Of a stretch of 64,000 nucleotides of DNA, positions 27,520 through 40,721 are shown in pieces. Made by a program: the position numbers and the translations under genes. The DNA is from Auanema rhodensis (Eukaryota > Animalia > Nematoda). The notes below the pieces were generated by a model. That model did no database searches. It saw only the letters and a list, made by a program, of their open reading frames with translations, and was not told the origin of the DNA. Numbering within the stretch: the first letter of the stretch is position 1; each line of letters begins with the position of its first letter. The stretch covers positions 13,702,001-13,766,000 of the forward strand of contig OZ059899.1 of the NCBI GenBank assembly GCA_964057225.1. The letters run 5' to 3'.

Positions 27520-29178
27520 ATGTATACCGAAATAAAGGAAGCTGTGAATTTTATAGCAAAGAACTTGTTAGGGAAAATTCCTAGAAGATCGGTTAGTTAC
27601 AAAAATTGGCTTATTGGATTTGTTTTTGTTTTTTAGGTTAGTTTGTTTGCTCAAGAGTTAGCAAACTATTTGGCTAGTAGATATGTTGAAGTTTGGGATG
27701 TAGAGGATCCTAAATCAAGTAAAAAATGAAATAAATGCTTCATTTCGAAATTTGTAATTTAGAAGAAAGGGAGAGGATTATTCGAATTCGTTGTGGTAGC
27801 ACAGATCCATTAATAGCATCTTCAGCTCAGGGAGTAGGATTAGATGTTGAGGAACTAACAGCATATTTACCAGGTGCTACATGAATAATTTTGATTTTAA
27901 AGCAGTTTTGTAGAAAATATTCATCTTCATATCAATCCTGGAGAGGTATTTTATAAATGCAGTGAACGTTCCACTCCGTGCCCAATTTGGATGGGATCTG
28001 TGAATTCTGATGATGAGTATGTTATAGAACCAAATCAAAAAAATATTTTTTTTTAGCTATCGTTTTTTGCCCGCTTCTGCTCTTCAACCATATGATAAAG
28101 ATTCTGCCAGCAATCTGGGCGCTGCCGGGAAAAGTCCATTTACTGGACGGCCTGTCTATAATGATGGAGGTTAGCTTTCTTTATATTAATCAAGTGAATT
28201 ACACACTTCTGAGGTTAACTTATAATACTATTACTTGTTTTTAGTCACACCAGTAGATGATGCGTATATTCCTTTACAACTTGAAAACGTTCACCCCGCG
28301 GCAATTGATTCACCTTTAAAACATCAAGTAAGAAGAATTCTAAGAAAATTTAATATAAAAAAATTAAGGGACCTCTCAAGCAGTTTGTATTTGTTCCAAA
28401 GGATCATAAATCTTATCTCGTAGAAGATTTTGCAATCACACGTTTTGGCAGTCACCGTAACAGACCTGATCACGATGTTATGAGGCGCATACAGCAACAA
28501 GCTGCTATGAAGGTTTGAGTAATGTTAGACAATAAACCTTATCAACATTCTAGATGAGCACTACTAGTCCAAATAATTTACCAATTCCAATCCCTATCGG
28601 CCTTGATGAGTTCGGACCTAGATCTACTCCTATACATCCAGTATGTTTTTTTGTTATTTCATATCAAAACTATATCCATTTAGGAACCAGAAAATTCTTA
28701 CAGTGATGCTTTACATAACTTAACGTCACAGCAACGTGAATGGCTATTGAAAAGATTACTCGAGCTGAATTTTCAAGGTAAATTTCTTTTTTGAAAACTA
28801 TTAATTTTAAATGTGATATGTAGAACAGAACATTGGAATTTCTCCAAACAGTATGCCAAGTACTACTATGAGAAATCCAGGTCCAGTAGGTGGTGGAGGA
28901 GGTGAATTCTATCTGTAAATAAGAACTTCATCGATGTTATGATGTTTTAGATGGATTTTCAAGCTTGCTCGCTAGTATGCCAGGACTATTGAATAATAGC
29001 TCTACTTTGTTAAGCAATCCAAGACAAAATAATATGAATGATATTAATGGATATGGACAGTTTGGTAATGTAAGTGATTCTCATTATCTTTCTCAAATTT
29101 TTACTTTAGTTCAATGACATTAGAGGAATGTCCAGTGACAATAAACGTACTAACTGGGGACATGGGGATTGGGAATGA
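27520..29178 (+). CDS. fog-3: FOG-3 / Tob-BTG family protein
   Basis: MYTEIKEAVNF...KIPRRSVSLFAQELANYL...NPGEVF...PIWMGSVNSDDDY (FOG-3-type BTG domain and linker) and FAITRFGSHR (Tob/FOG 'TF' motif). Confidence 0.88.
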
Positions 29179-29243
29179 ATAGGAAGAGAAGAGCATATTG
29201 TTCAGTTGTACATGTTTTAATAAAAGAAGTTGATGATAGTAGC

Positions 29244-30531
29244 TTATATTTTGATACAAATATTTCCCAAAGCACAGGTATTTGAAATAATGTCGTCATG
29301 TGATTTTGAGATTTCGTCCAGTTCATAAGTTCTTTTAATTACGGGTTTATAGCCGCTTTCTGATATGAATTTTGTAATTGTTGCTCCCATGTCTTCAAAT
29401 TCTTGGGGGGTGGATTGGCCTAGGATAACACCTGAATCATCAATTATTCATTAGAAAGTATGACAAGGACCTCGTCAGTAAGTTAAGCAACCTATTTAGA
29501 TGCATATTCGACAAACAGGTCTTGTTGACTGGAACTCACCGAAAATGGATGTCTCTGGTCCCATTAACATTCTTGGGCTAATACTAATATCACCACGACA
29601 ACCAATGATTGCAACTTTTCCGTTTTTGCGTAACAACGACAAATCAGTAGCCAGATTAATATGCGACGCCATTTCTAAAATTAGATCAAAACCTAAAATG
29701 GGAGAATAGATAAGGAATAATGTTGTTGAGAATGCACCTTCCGTATATTCTGATTTTATCTCAGCAACGTAATTTTTGGTCCTGTGGTTGAAAACTGAAT
29801 CTGCTCCATTTTTCTTTATCAATTCTAGGCCTTCTGAAGAGCCAGCTGTACCAGCAACGATCAATCCAAAATCTTTTGCTAATTGACAGGCTGCTAAGCC
29901 TACACCACCCGAAGCACCGTGAATTAATACTTTATCACCTTTCTACAAATAATATTCATATCGTTTTCTATCAATTTTGTCACCTTGGCTTTTCCACGAA
30001 GAAACAATGCTCTGAATGCTGTCATATAAGGAACTCCTAGACTTGAGCCTTCCTCGAATGTTAAGCCTGAAGTTATTTGGACCGACTGTTTCTATTTTTT
30101 GGAAACACTCACTATCGGGTAGATTGAATACCTTGGTCGCAGTTAAAGCATATTCAGCTGCTGATCCAGTATTTGGCATTGTAAACCAAACACGATCACC
30201 TGGTTTGAACTTGGTTACTCCTTGACCAACCTTACAACTTTATTTAAAAAAAAAAACATAGGATTTTTTTACTTTTTCCACAATTCCAGCGCCGTCCTTA
30301 CCAGGAGTATATGGTAGTTCAGGAAGAGAAGCATAATTTCCAGACCTTATATAGGTATCAACAGGATTAACTCCAGATGATTTTACTCTTATCAAAATCT
30401 GAGTTAACCTGGGACATATAACTTTTAAAATAGTTCAAAACCTGATTAGATTCGGAAATAACAGGAATTGCAGCATTGAGGATTCCAATACATTCAGAAG
30501 CTCCAAAAGTTGAAACTATTGCTGCGCGCAT
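29244..30531 (-). CDS. Zeta-crystallin-like NADPH:quinone oxidoreductase (MDR family)
   Basis: GVNPVDTYIRSG...LPYTPGKDGAG, VLIHGASGGVGLAACQ, GFDLILEM, GCRG. Confidence 0.92.
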
Positions 30532-30935
30532 CTATGATAGAAACCTCAGGTTTATACGTGAGAACAACATTTGATTGAACAAAAAATAGACTTGCATATT
30601 GAATAATATATTAATTGTTATTAAATTTATATCAAAACTCTTTTATTGACTTGTTTAATCTTTGTTCACTGCCTTGAAGGTCATGGATTGTTATGCGCTC
30701 TATTGGCACGCAACGCGCAAGAATTGTTCGCGGGCGAAATTATTGAGCACTTAGGATCAATTCAAGGCTTTATATTCTAAATTTTTTTATTTAATATTAA
30801 AAATACAGTGAATTATGGATGGAAAACTTCTGAATTTGTTCAAAAGACTTTTCTTGTTATATTTGACTTTATGATTTTGACTTTCCTTTCTTATAGGTAT
30901 CCTTTTTTGTGGCATACCCTCACTGGTTTTGAGCT
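30532..30935. promoter_or_regulatory. Divergent promoter region between the quinone oxidoreductase gene and uev-1
   Basis: Head-to-head genes about 400 nt apart, with a CG-rich patch TGCGCTCTATTGGCACGCAACGCGC...TTCGCGGGCGAAA at 30694-30739. Confidence 0.6.
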
Positions 30936-31493
30936 ATGGGTAAGATATGCTAGTAATGTACCTGGTTTGACTAGAGCTTTTTCATTATAGTTGATGTTCC
31001 GAGAAACTTCCGTCTTCTTGAGGAACTTGAAGATGGTCAGAAGGGTAAAGGAGATGGAAACATTTCTTGGGGATTAGAGGATGACTCGGATATGACTTTG
31101 ACTAGATGGACCGGAACTATCATTGGACCACCTAGAGTTTGCATATATTTTCAATATGGAACCTAATTTGTAGTTTTAGACACCTTTTGAATCGCGAATT
31201 TATAATTTACGTATTGAATGCGGTCCAAATTATCCAAGAGAAGCTCCAAGCGTTCGTTTTACAACTAAGATTCATATGAATGGAGTGAATCAAACTACTG
31301 GAGTGGTAATACGGTCCTTATTATTACCGTAATAACTGGTCAATTTCAGATCGAGAAAAGGAATCTTTCCACTTTGCGTCAATGGAGTGCAAGCTATATG
31401 ATCAAATCAGTTCTTGAAGACATCCGAAAGAACATGATGCTTGCCAAGGAAAACATGAAACTACCTCAGCCATCTGAAGGAGCAACCTTCTAA
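30936..31493 (+). CDS. uev-1: Ubiquitin-conjugating enzyme E2 variant (MMS2/UEV1)
   Basis: [50 protein letters not shown]...[11 protein letters not shown]. Confidence 0.96.
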
Positions 31494-31896
31494 GTTTCTT
31501 GTTTTTTACCAATCAGATTATGCAAAGCTTGATTAAGGAGATTTTCTACAGTTTTCGAGAGAAAATGTTTTGTGATTGGTTCTAAAGTGGCAAGATAGAG
31601 CTGCTGGGTTCATCAGTCACATTCCTTGTTTAAATATAATTTATGTTCTAATTTACAACCATGGAGTGTTGGATAGCCTTGTATCTTTTTTTAAAGTTTT
31701 CATCCTATTTTCCTTTATTTGTATTGTTCTTTTTAATATTGAATCATCAAGTTCTTTACCGGTGTGTATGTGGAAAATTAGTTACACTCAATAGATATGA
31801 AAGTTATAAAGATTTTAAAAATGCTTGTGTTTCTGGTTAGTTCCATTCATATTTTTAATTCGCAATCTGAACTGTTTTGATTTTTTTCATTGAAGC

Positions 31897-34800
31897 ATGA
31901 GCCATGTGTCTTTACCATCGACCAGCTCATCGATGGATCATAAGTCGCTGTTTGGTATACAAAAACTCTAAGTTCTCTAAGTTGAATTTTTCAATTTTGC
32001 AGAGTCCTATTTAATTCAATATAATACTCTCATCAATGGACCTTCGAAACACTTAGCAACTTTCATTGAAAAGGAAATTAATCGTCTTGGGGTTGCTTTT
32101 GTCTTTGCGATTGTTTTTAAAGAAAAGTTTATAGATAGTTCCCAGAAGATATGACATAAATGGCAATGCGCACAGACAAACTTTTCAACAATACGTTTGT
32201 TTTGAAAATGCTTTCTTTGTAATGCTTCATTTTGTTACAGTTGGCACATAATAACATTCAAAGTTCTACTCCAACTGTTAATGAGCTAATCGATCGTTAT
32301 CAGTCTGTTGAGGGAAAGAGTGTGTTTTGTATGAAAAATAGCAGTAAGTTAATCTAAGAGTACATAAACATGAATGGAGTATTTTTCAGAAACTTTATTT
32401 CATAGTATTCGAGGCCAAGCTCAATTTAGAAAAAAATTACCACAAAATAATCTTTATAGGTTTGATAATCAGCTTTGCTATGGCTTTCATTTTTGTTATT
32501 CTTCAGGGCTTTGAAAGCTAGAGAGTTGGGCTTGTTTGTTCCTGCAACTCGACTATATTCTGGTGAATATTTTGAACATGGAATTGAAAGACAGTCTCGT
32601 GTAACTGGGCATATTGATAGAACTTACACTGTCCATTTTGATCAATCGGGGCGTTATGCTTTAACTGTAAATATTATTAGCACATACGTATAATTATCTG
32701 AGAGTTCCAGGCTGCTGATGATTGTATAGTTAAAGTTTGGGATGTTAACACGGCTTTATTAAGATATACGTTCAGAGGCCATATGAGCCTGATATCAGAT
32801 ATGTCGATTTCTTATTGTAATCAGTTTATGGCTTCCGGTGGCGCAGACAAATATGTTCGGTTAGTATTTATTTTAATTTGATATATTTTTTGAAATTATG
32901 TTTCAGTGTTTGGTCTCTTCAAAATGGAGCTTGTGTAGAAGCTTTCCATCATCATTCTGCTCTTATAACAGGATTAAGATTCTTGCCTTATGTATACAAA
33001 TCTACTAGATTTTTGTTTTCTATTGGATATGATTGTAATGTAATTTTTTATGAATTTAATGCCAACACAAGGGAGTTTAAGTAATTCAACATCTTTCTTA
33101 TCGTTTTTCATTTTTCAAATTTTAGTCCCAACCCTATAATTTTCAATATTCGGGATACTCCTGGCCAAAGATGCCTTTCAAGCACATTTAGTCCAAGTGG
33201 AAAGTTTGTTGCTGTTGGAGATTCACAAGGTTGTCTACGTTTATTCTGTATAGAGAAGGGAGAGATTTCCATAATTCATCGTATCAATGCTATTCCGGTA
33301 ATCAACTTGAATAGTTTTCCCTTTTATACCTTTTTTTAAGCATAACGAAAGATTAGATAGTTTGGAATGGTGCCACGACGGGATGGCGTTTGTATCTAGT
33401 AGTAGCCGTTATCATGTTGCTCGTGTTTGGAGGTATATTTCTGGTGAATGGAAGTACTTGGACCTTGAACCAAAACTGTAAGTTTATTTTATTCACAACT
33501 CCATTCAGTACATATTCAATTGCTTCAGTCCTGATGCTGAATCACTAGCCTTGTTTGCCTCAACTAAATTGAAATATGCTGTAAGTTTTTTTAATTTTTA
33601 ACATTTATTTAACTTATTTATTTGTAAGTGTACTATGATTTGTTGGTCACTTGATGACCGTTATGTAATAGCTTCGGGATCAGATCACAAATGTATGTTA
33701 TAACTTTTATGACGTTCAATTCAAATTTTGAATTTAGTGAGAGTTTATGATGCTCTCACAGGAGAAGAGAAACACAGATTGAATGGGCACCGTGGAGAAG
33801 CTTTCCATTTAAGAACTCACCCATTGCACGCCAATATTTTAATTTCTTCTGCTCACGATGGTTTTTTACTGGTAATTCTATATATTTATTTAGAAAGTTA
33901 TACATTTTGTTTAGATCTGGGATATTGAGATAGGACAATTGTTAAAAAAATTTACAAGTGACACTCCTGATGGAACTTTTGCGATTTCTTCAATTTTGGA
34001 TGTTGCTGTTAACGCTGATGGAAGTAGAATAGCCACTGTTGATGACGTTGGTCGCATAAGTATCTACGGCTTGGGAACCAATGATTCTCATTTGGTTCCT
34101 AGGGAACAATTTTTCCACACGGATTATGAGTAATTTAATTTTTCTGATATTTTCTTTAAACATCTCTATTTCAGTGAACTTGATTATGACGATCGTGGCT
34201 TTGCCCAAGATGTAATGTCAGGTTTAGCTCCTCATTTGCAGCGACCTCCTCTGATGGTTAGTCTGGAAAGAGAATTTTTGGACGATAAATGGCAGAGAAA
34301 AGTACCAGGAAAAGAAGTACGAGTTACTAATACTTTTAATATATTTATGTTATCTATTACAGAAAGATCTTGAAGCAGGGAGATGTGCTTGGTTAGATAG
34401 GGATATTATCCCTAAACTTCCGGAATATCTAAACGAGGCTTGGATTTCGGTAAGCTCTTCCCATTTATATATATATATATATATGTTATCGCTATTAATC
34501 ATAGAAATTGACTGAGTTAGGAAATCTCGAGAGTGCTGAATTCCAAAGATTGGAGCAAAACAATAATAAAACATACATGTATTATAAATCTGAACAAGCT
34601 CAGGATGCTGCGAGAAGTAAGCAAACTGTACAATTTTCTCTTAGTTTACTTTTCTATTTCAGATAATATGGGCCGAAAACCAGCACCAAACAGAAGAACA
34701 GCTCTACCTTCTTTAGATGCTGCAATTGCTGCACAGGATGCTGCTCGAGCTGCTAATGTGATGCAAGGATATCGTAGTGAAGAGGATGATGATTACAGGT

Positions 34801-37800
34801 AAGTAAATTAGTCTTTTTTTCTGTAACAAAGTCAATGTAGTGCGCAAGATGCATCGGAAGAAGAGTCTGAAGCTTCAAGTGATACAAGTGATTCCGATTA
34901 TGATGGGGGTGAAAGATCTCGAAGAGAGGAGCATAATGAGGTTAGCTGTTCTGTTGATTTCTTTAGCTTTATTTTCTTATATAGAACCAAGTTCAAAACA
35001 ATGTTGTTACTTCTTCTGGGCGGCGAGTACAGAGACGCGTTCTTGCTGGTAATGAAGATCAGCAGCCATCTACTTCATCAGGAGCTCCAAGACAATCTGG
35101 CAGGAAACGCAGAGGGGTATGAAGACTATTTTGTTATTACAAATACTGCTTTTATTATCAGGGTGGAGATGAATCTGCTACGTCTGAAGGTGAAGAAGAT
35201 GGGGATGAAGAAGAAGAAGAAGAAGAAGAGGAAGAGGGTGGTGAGAACGCGGAAGCAGAGCAGCCTAAACGTCCTCCAAAGCAAAGAAAAAGAAAAGGTT
35301 TTGACTTATATTTTGTTGAATAAGCTTATACTCTCTATTTCCAGAGGGATTCCTTCAAACTTTCCCAGAGAGTATGCAAACGATGACTGTGAGGCGTTTC
35401 CCATATATAGTACAACTTGGTGATAGTGTCGTTTACTGTAAACAAGGCCATGAAAGGTACTTGGAATTAGTTGAACAAGCAAGCCTTTTTCCAGTCTCAC
35501 CGAAAATGCATCCTTCGTAGGTTCATGTATCTTAGTTCTGAATAAATGAGATTTTTAGGTCTCAATTAGGTGCTGAAGAATTCTGTGTAGTTGAGGATGT
35601 TCGGTATACTAGAAAGCCCTATCGTCTGTGTATGATCCGCTTAGCACAAACTGCAGCTAATGGAGATTTGACAGGATTTCGCTTTACAATCAAGTAATTT
35701 AAATCCTCTCGTTACATCTCTAATTATTATTTTCTCAGACTTCATGATTTGGAAAATTGTCCTGACTTTCTCATTCTTAGAGCTCATTATGATATGTCTG
35801 TTCGATTAAATCTACGTGACGGTGATGAAATTGAATCTATTCTTGATGGACAATGGTGGACAGGAACTGTAACGCGTCGGCAAGCGCATGATGAAAACTA
35901 TCCTACTTCTCACTGGTATTGCTTACACATAAGATGGGATAACGGAGAAGATGACACTATAAGTCCTTGGGATTGCCAGAAGAAATCTTCCGGAAGGCGT
36001 TCAAGTTTGTTTGAACTCGAAATGTTCAAATAATTTTTCATCTTCAGACACAGAAGCTACTCCTAGTGATATAATCAGCTATGGTGAAACACCTCCCGTT
36101 GAAGGTGCTTGGCCAGGCGATGGAACTCCTGTCAGTAATAGAGATGTATTCTACTATTTATATTTATTATATTAAATTTTGACCTATTTTAGTCTTTTTG
36201 CCAACGAATGGCTGCAGGAATTGATAAACTGTGTGCTAATGAGCTAGTAAAACCTTTCAGCACTCCTGTTAATTTAGCTGAATTTCCTTTATATTCTAAT
36301 ATTGTCGATTATTGTATCGATTTGGAAACAATTTCAGAAAGATTAAGAAATAAGTGGTATAGGTAATAAAGATCTTACTAGTCATGATCTCATCCACTCG
36401 TTTTTCAGACGATTAATTGCATTGCAACATGATATCCGATTCATAGCTCTCGCTGCTGAGCAATTTAATGAGCCAGACAGTATTATTGTTCAAAACTCTC
36501 GAATGCTTGTCGAAGCTTTAATAATGTTTTCAAAGTATTCATTTTCTATTATTTTTTTTTTCAATTCTCAATTCTTCAGTGATAGAGAGATGACAGTTGA
36601 ACAAATTGATGTTGTACTTGATAACTTGTTTGAAATCCCTATGGAACAGATTACGGAATACAAGAAATGGTACAAAAATAAGATTGGTATGCTCATTTCA
36701 GCTGTTTTGTTTCAATTGAAAGGGTAATTTAGATAGCGAACTTGTTCAATTGGCCACTAGCATGCAAGACCAAGAGGAGTCAAGCTCACAAAGTAGAGAG
36801 CCTGGTTGGATTGGAGATGTCAGTACTGCAATGGACTTCGTTATGAGCCATTCATGCGCTGCACAGTTCTTAAGTGCCGAAGGTTGTATGGATATGGTAA
36901 GTTGTTTGTGATGTCCTATGTAAGCAAGAAAAACGTTTCTTACAGGATGTAGCATCTGCACTCAGGGAGAATGGAGATCTTCATTCCATCCGTCAGCAAA
37001 TTTCTAGCCTTCCTGATCCGCAATCAGTCGTAGATAAAGTTAAGGAGCTTGTTGAAGCTTGTCAATCAGCGATTAATGATAATAGATCACGGGTAAGATT
37101 AAGATTTTGAGCTGAATTAGACAGTTTTCTTTTTAATTTGCAGATATACCATTCAACAGTACAACTTATGCATCTAACAGAAGAAAAATTAAAGCCCATA
37201 ATAACTCAATTCAATCAATTTCTTCAAACTTATGAAACTCTCAGTGGACGATCTTTACGCAGAAGACAAAGAAAGGAAAGACAATCATCATATAATACTA
37301 GAAGGTGGGACTACCTAATAAGCCGATTTACTGAAAAAAATATTTCAGAGCTAATGCCGATAGCAGACATATTGGAGAAGGATTTTATCGCGAACTCGCT
37401 AATGGACGAATTCATAGAGATTCTTCATCGTCTGGAAGACCTACTAGACAATCTCTCAGAAGTATGTTTCTTATTTAATAAGGTATGCATAATTGTTCTT
37501 GTTTAGCTACACGATCAAGTAGAAGAGCAGGTTCAGAACTAGAATCTTTAGGAGATGAACATGCTATTGATGAAGAGGAAATGTCTGATGAGGATCCTGA
37601 AGAAAATAATGCTATTAGTAGGAATCTCAGTGAGCGCAGAGTATGTATCTATGGGTTGAAGCTATATTGATAGAACTATTTTAGCGTCATGATGATATTG
37701 AAGAAGAAAATGAAGAAGACACTGCTCATATTGATATTAATCCTACTAATGAAGATATTCCTAATGAAGAAGAGGATAAGAGCTCGGAGAGCAGTAGTAG

Positions 37801-37897
37801 CAGTGATGATTCTGATGACGACGAGGATAACGATAATGATAATAATGATGATGATGATAATGAGAACAACAATAATGATGATGATGATGATGATGAG

Positions 37898-37928
<31 letters not shown>

Positions 37929-38303
37929 GAGAAGATTTCGATGAAGATGACGAAGACGAAGACGAAGATGAATCCAGTCGCAGAAGAGTTCGGGCAGGCA
38001 CCAGCAAAAGACATGCAGCTTCTTCTCGGAGTTCAAGAGCACAGTCGTACTCTCTCCGTGCAAAGTATGTTAGAATTACTAGCAAATGAATAAAAATATT
38101 TTTTTTTCAGGCGACGCCGAGGTAACAACAGCTCAGATAGCGAGGACGACTCAAGCGGACGGCGAAAGTTGAGATCTGGTAGATCTGGTAGATCTGGACG
38201 ATCGGTGAACTATTCTGAAGACTTTGAGGAGAGTGAAAATGAGGTGGTCACAGAATCTGTAAGTCAGCGAGGAAGAGTTCGAAAACATAGAAAGTTTATT
38301 TAA
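31897..38303 (+). CDS. PHIP/BRWD1/BRWD3-family bromodomain and WD40-repeat protein
   Basis: N-terminal IVPRRYD, WD40 repeats (TAADDCIVKVWD...FRGH), EQFFHTDY, PYIVQLGDSVVYCKQGH, Tudor-like WWTGTV...SPWD, bromodomain IDLETISERLRNKWYRR...FNEP, acidic tract and C-terminal SVSQRGRVRK. About 30 canonical short introns. Confidence 0.92.
37690..37970 (+). repeat. Coding low-complexity GAT/GAC/AAT tract (Asp/Glu/Asn-rich segment of the BRWD protein)
   Basis: Imperfect trinucleotide runs in frame with the flanking BRWD exons. This tract produces the poly-M/I/S/H shadow ORFs in the track. Confidence 0.85.
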
Positions 38304-38670
38304 TTTTTTGTATCATATCAATCTCTCCCCTATTCATATTGTTCATAATTTTCATTCTTTGCATATTTAATAATACTAATTAACTAAAACGAGTGAATTC
38401 TCCCAGCATTGTTCTGGCTGATCTCTTTGGGTATCAAAATTTACAGGTTTATTTTAAAGCTTTGTTGATCTATTTAGTATGTATCCTTACAAGTCTTTCG
38501 TCATTTCTTTGTCTAATTTACATTAACATTTCTGTTTTTCTAATAAACTCATTTTTGCACGTTTTATTTATATAATTTTGAGAATATTGGTGCTCTTGCC
38601 ACGAAATATCCCCCAGCTTCAAAAATATAATGTAAGCCTTTTATGCCTAATTTCGTTTTGTTCAGGTTAC

Positions 38671-40584
38671 ATGAACAGTACTTACTCATCTGATTTTAAT
38701 AATTTAAGTAACTTTAAATTCAAATATGAACGCGAAGAAGATAATACCCACAAAATTGATGAAGATAGCCGTAAATTACCTGAATAGTTCTCCCGTTAAA
38801 TTTCTGTGAGTATTTAGATTCCCTCGGAGTATCTACGTCATTACCCTGCTCCTCTTCATCTTCTACTGCTGAAGTTTACCCAACAGTAGAAGTCCCATTT
38901 ACTTCTTGGGTCTTAGCAAATGAACAAGGTTTTGTTCTTCGCTTTATATGATTGCTAACTATGCTTAATTTCATATCCGGGAAATGTCGTCTTTATATGC
39001 ATGTGGAGGAATTGTTATCATTCAATGAATACTAAACAAGAGTTTGCTGTACATCTAGCCACACATTTTGATTATTTTTCTGCTGAAAATAGTTCAGGTA
39101 ATAGGAATAGTTACCACGTGCACTGTTTCAAATGTAATTTTTAGCATCGTCATGGTTATGCCAGATAGTAGGTTGCGGGAGCATAGCAGAAAATGCTTCA
39201 AGATTTTTGTATAACATGTTGCTTATAACCTTTATTTCAATATTATTGTTTCAGAGCGCATTTAGGGATGCATAAATATCACGCATTATCTCAATATAAT
39301 GGCTTGAAATTCCTACTAAATAGTCCTCAATTGAGTAGCACTGTTACGTGAGTAGTAAGCTACTCATGTTGTAGCAACTTAAGCCTTCTTGTAGATGTGG
39401 ATATCATCCTAACTTAAATGTTGGTCTTCTAGATGAAGTTACGTTTTGTCATTATGATAATTGTGGTGTAAGCAACATTCGTTATTCAAGCGAAGTTAGT
39501 TTTTTCCTAATTTAGATTGGATTTCGGGATATTTGTGATTTTTTTGATCATGTAACTTTACACGTAGATTTTGTTGAATCAAAAGAACGTTTTAATGGTA
39601 AATATATTTGTCGATGGGATAATTGTAATAAGTCATGTGGGCCCAAAAAAGGAGATCTCAGGTATTTTTGGTTTTCTTTCTCATTTTTTCAAATATAAAA
39701 TTCAGAAGGCACATACGATATCACAGTGGTGAAAAGTATTGTGCTTGTCCTTTTTGTGGATCTTTCTTCTGTCGACCTGAAAAATTTTATGAACATATGA
39801 AAAGGAAAGTGCCTGAAGATCAGAAACCTTTTGTAAGTTTATTGAATGTTTGTTTTTCAACTTTTGTATTTTTTAAGGTTTGTATGTTGTGCCAAAAGTC
39901 TTTCGCTGATGAGACTTTACTATCTCATCACGTTAGACGCCATGTTAGTGGAGTACAATGTCGAGAATGTGGTTTAGCTTTGGCAGTATCCAGTGATTTA
40001 GAAAGGTAAAACTTAATTTGAATTTTATTTTGTCTCTCTAATATCTCTAATATTTGTACTGTTCAGACACATGTTAATCAAGCACACTAAGAGAGAGCGT
40101 AATTTTGCTTGTGAGCAATGTGGCTTGAAGTTTTACACTGAGGTTATAACCGTTTTTTCTCGAATTTTTTAAAATGCTTATTTAGAATGATTTAATGAAA
40201 CATGGAAATGTCCATATCCCCCCTCAACTTAAATGCCCAATGTGTGAAAAAATGTTTAGATGGAAAGTTCAACTAGATCGTCACATAGCGAAACACGAGG
40301 TTTGATATGCGAAGCTGGAGTAAAAAATAAGTTTAAATTCTTCTCTAGAACTTGCCTGATAAAAATTATTTGTGTCATATATGCGATAAAAAATATTCAA
40401 CTGGGCATCATTTAACTCGTCATTTGATCTCTTCTCACTCTTGTCCCATTCCTGAGGGTTTTAGCAGGTATTTCAATATTTCTATTAATAATTTTTTTAT
40501 TTTTTTTGTAGGTTTTATTATAAAAAATGTAATGATGGATTTCATAGGTTACAAACTAAAAAGCTCATGAAAGCCGCGGACTAA
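38671..40584 (+). CDS. HINFP/MIZF-like C2H2 zinc-finger transcription factor
   Basis: CxWxxC-type fingers (CMWRNC, CRWDNC), HIRYHSGEKYCACPFCG, and C-terminal GFSRFYYKKCNDGFHRLQT resembling the HINFP C-terminal conserved region. The second intron needs a non-canonical acceptor (see findings). Confidence 0.85.
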
Positions 40585-40721
40585 CGGGTTTTACTCTTGC
40601 AATAAACAGTTTTTATTCTTTCATATAATAAGCTTGTTTAAATTTTTATATTTTTGGTTAAAACCAGAATAATATTTTCCTTCTGTTATTCGTTTATTCT
40701 TCATTTTCCCATTTTTTCTAG

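Noticed and set aside
37676-38093. Poly-Met, poly-Ile, poly-Ser and poly-His ORFs on both strands
   Set aside because: They are alternative frames of the acidic GAT/GAC tract in the BRWD exon.
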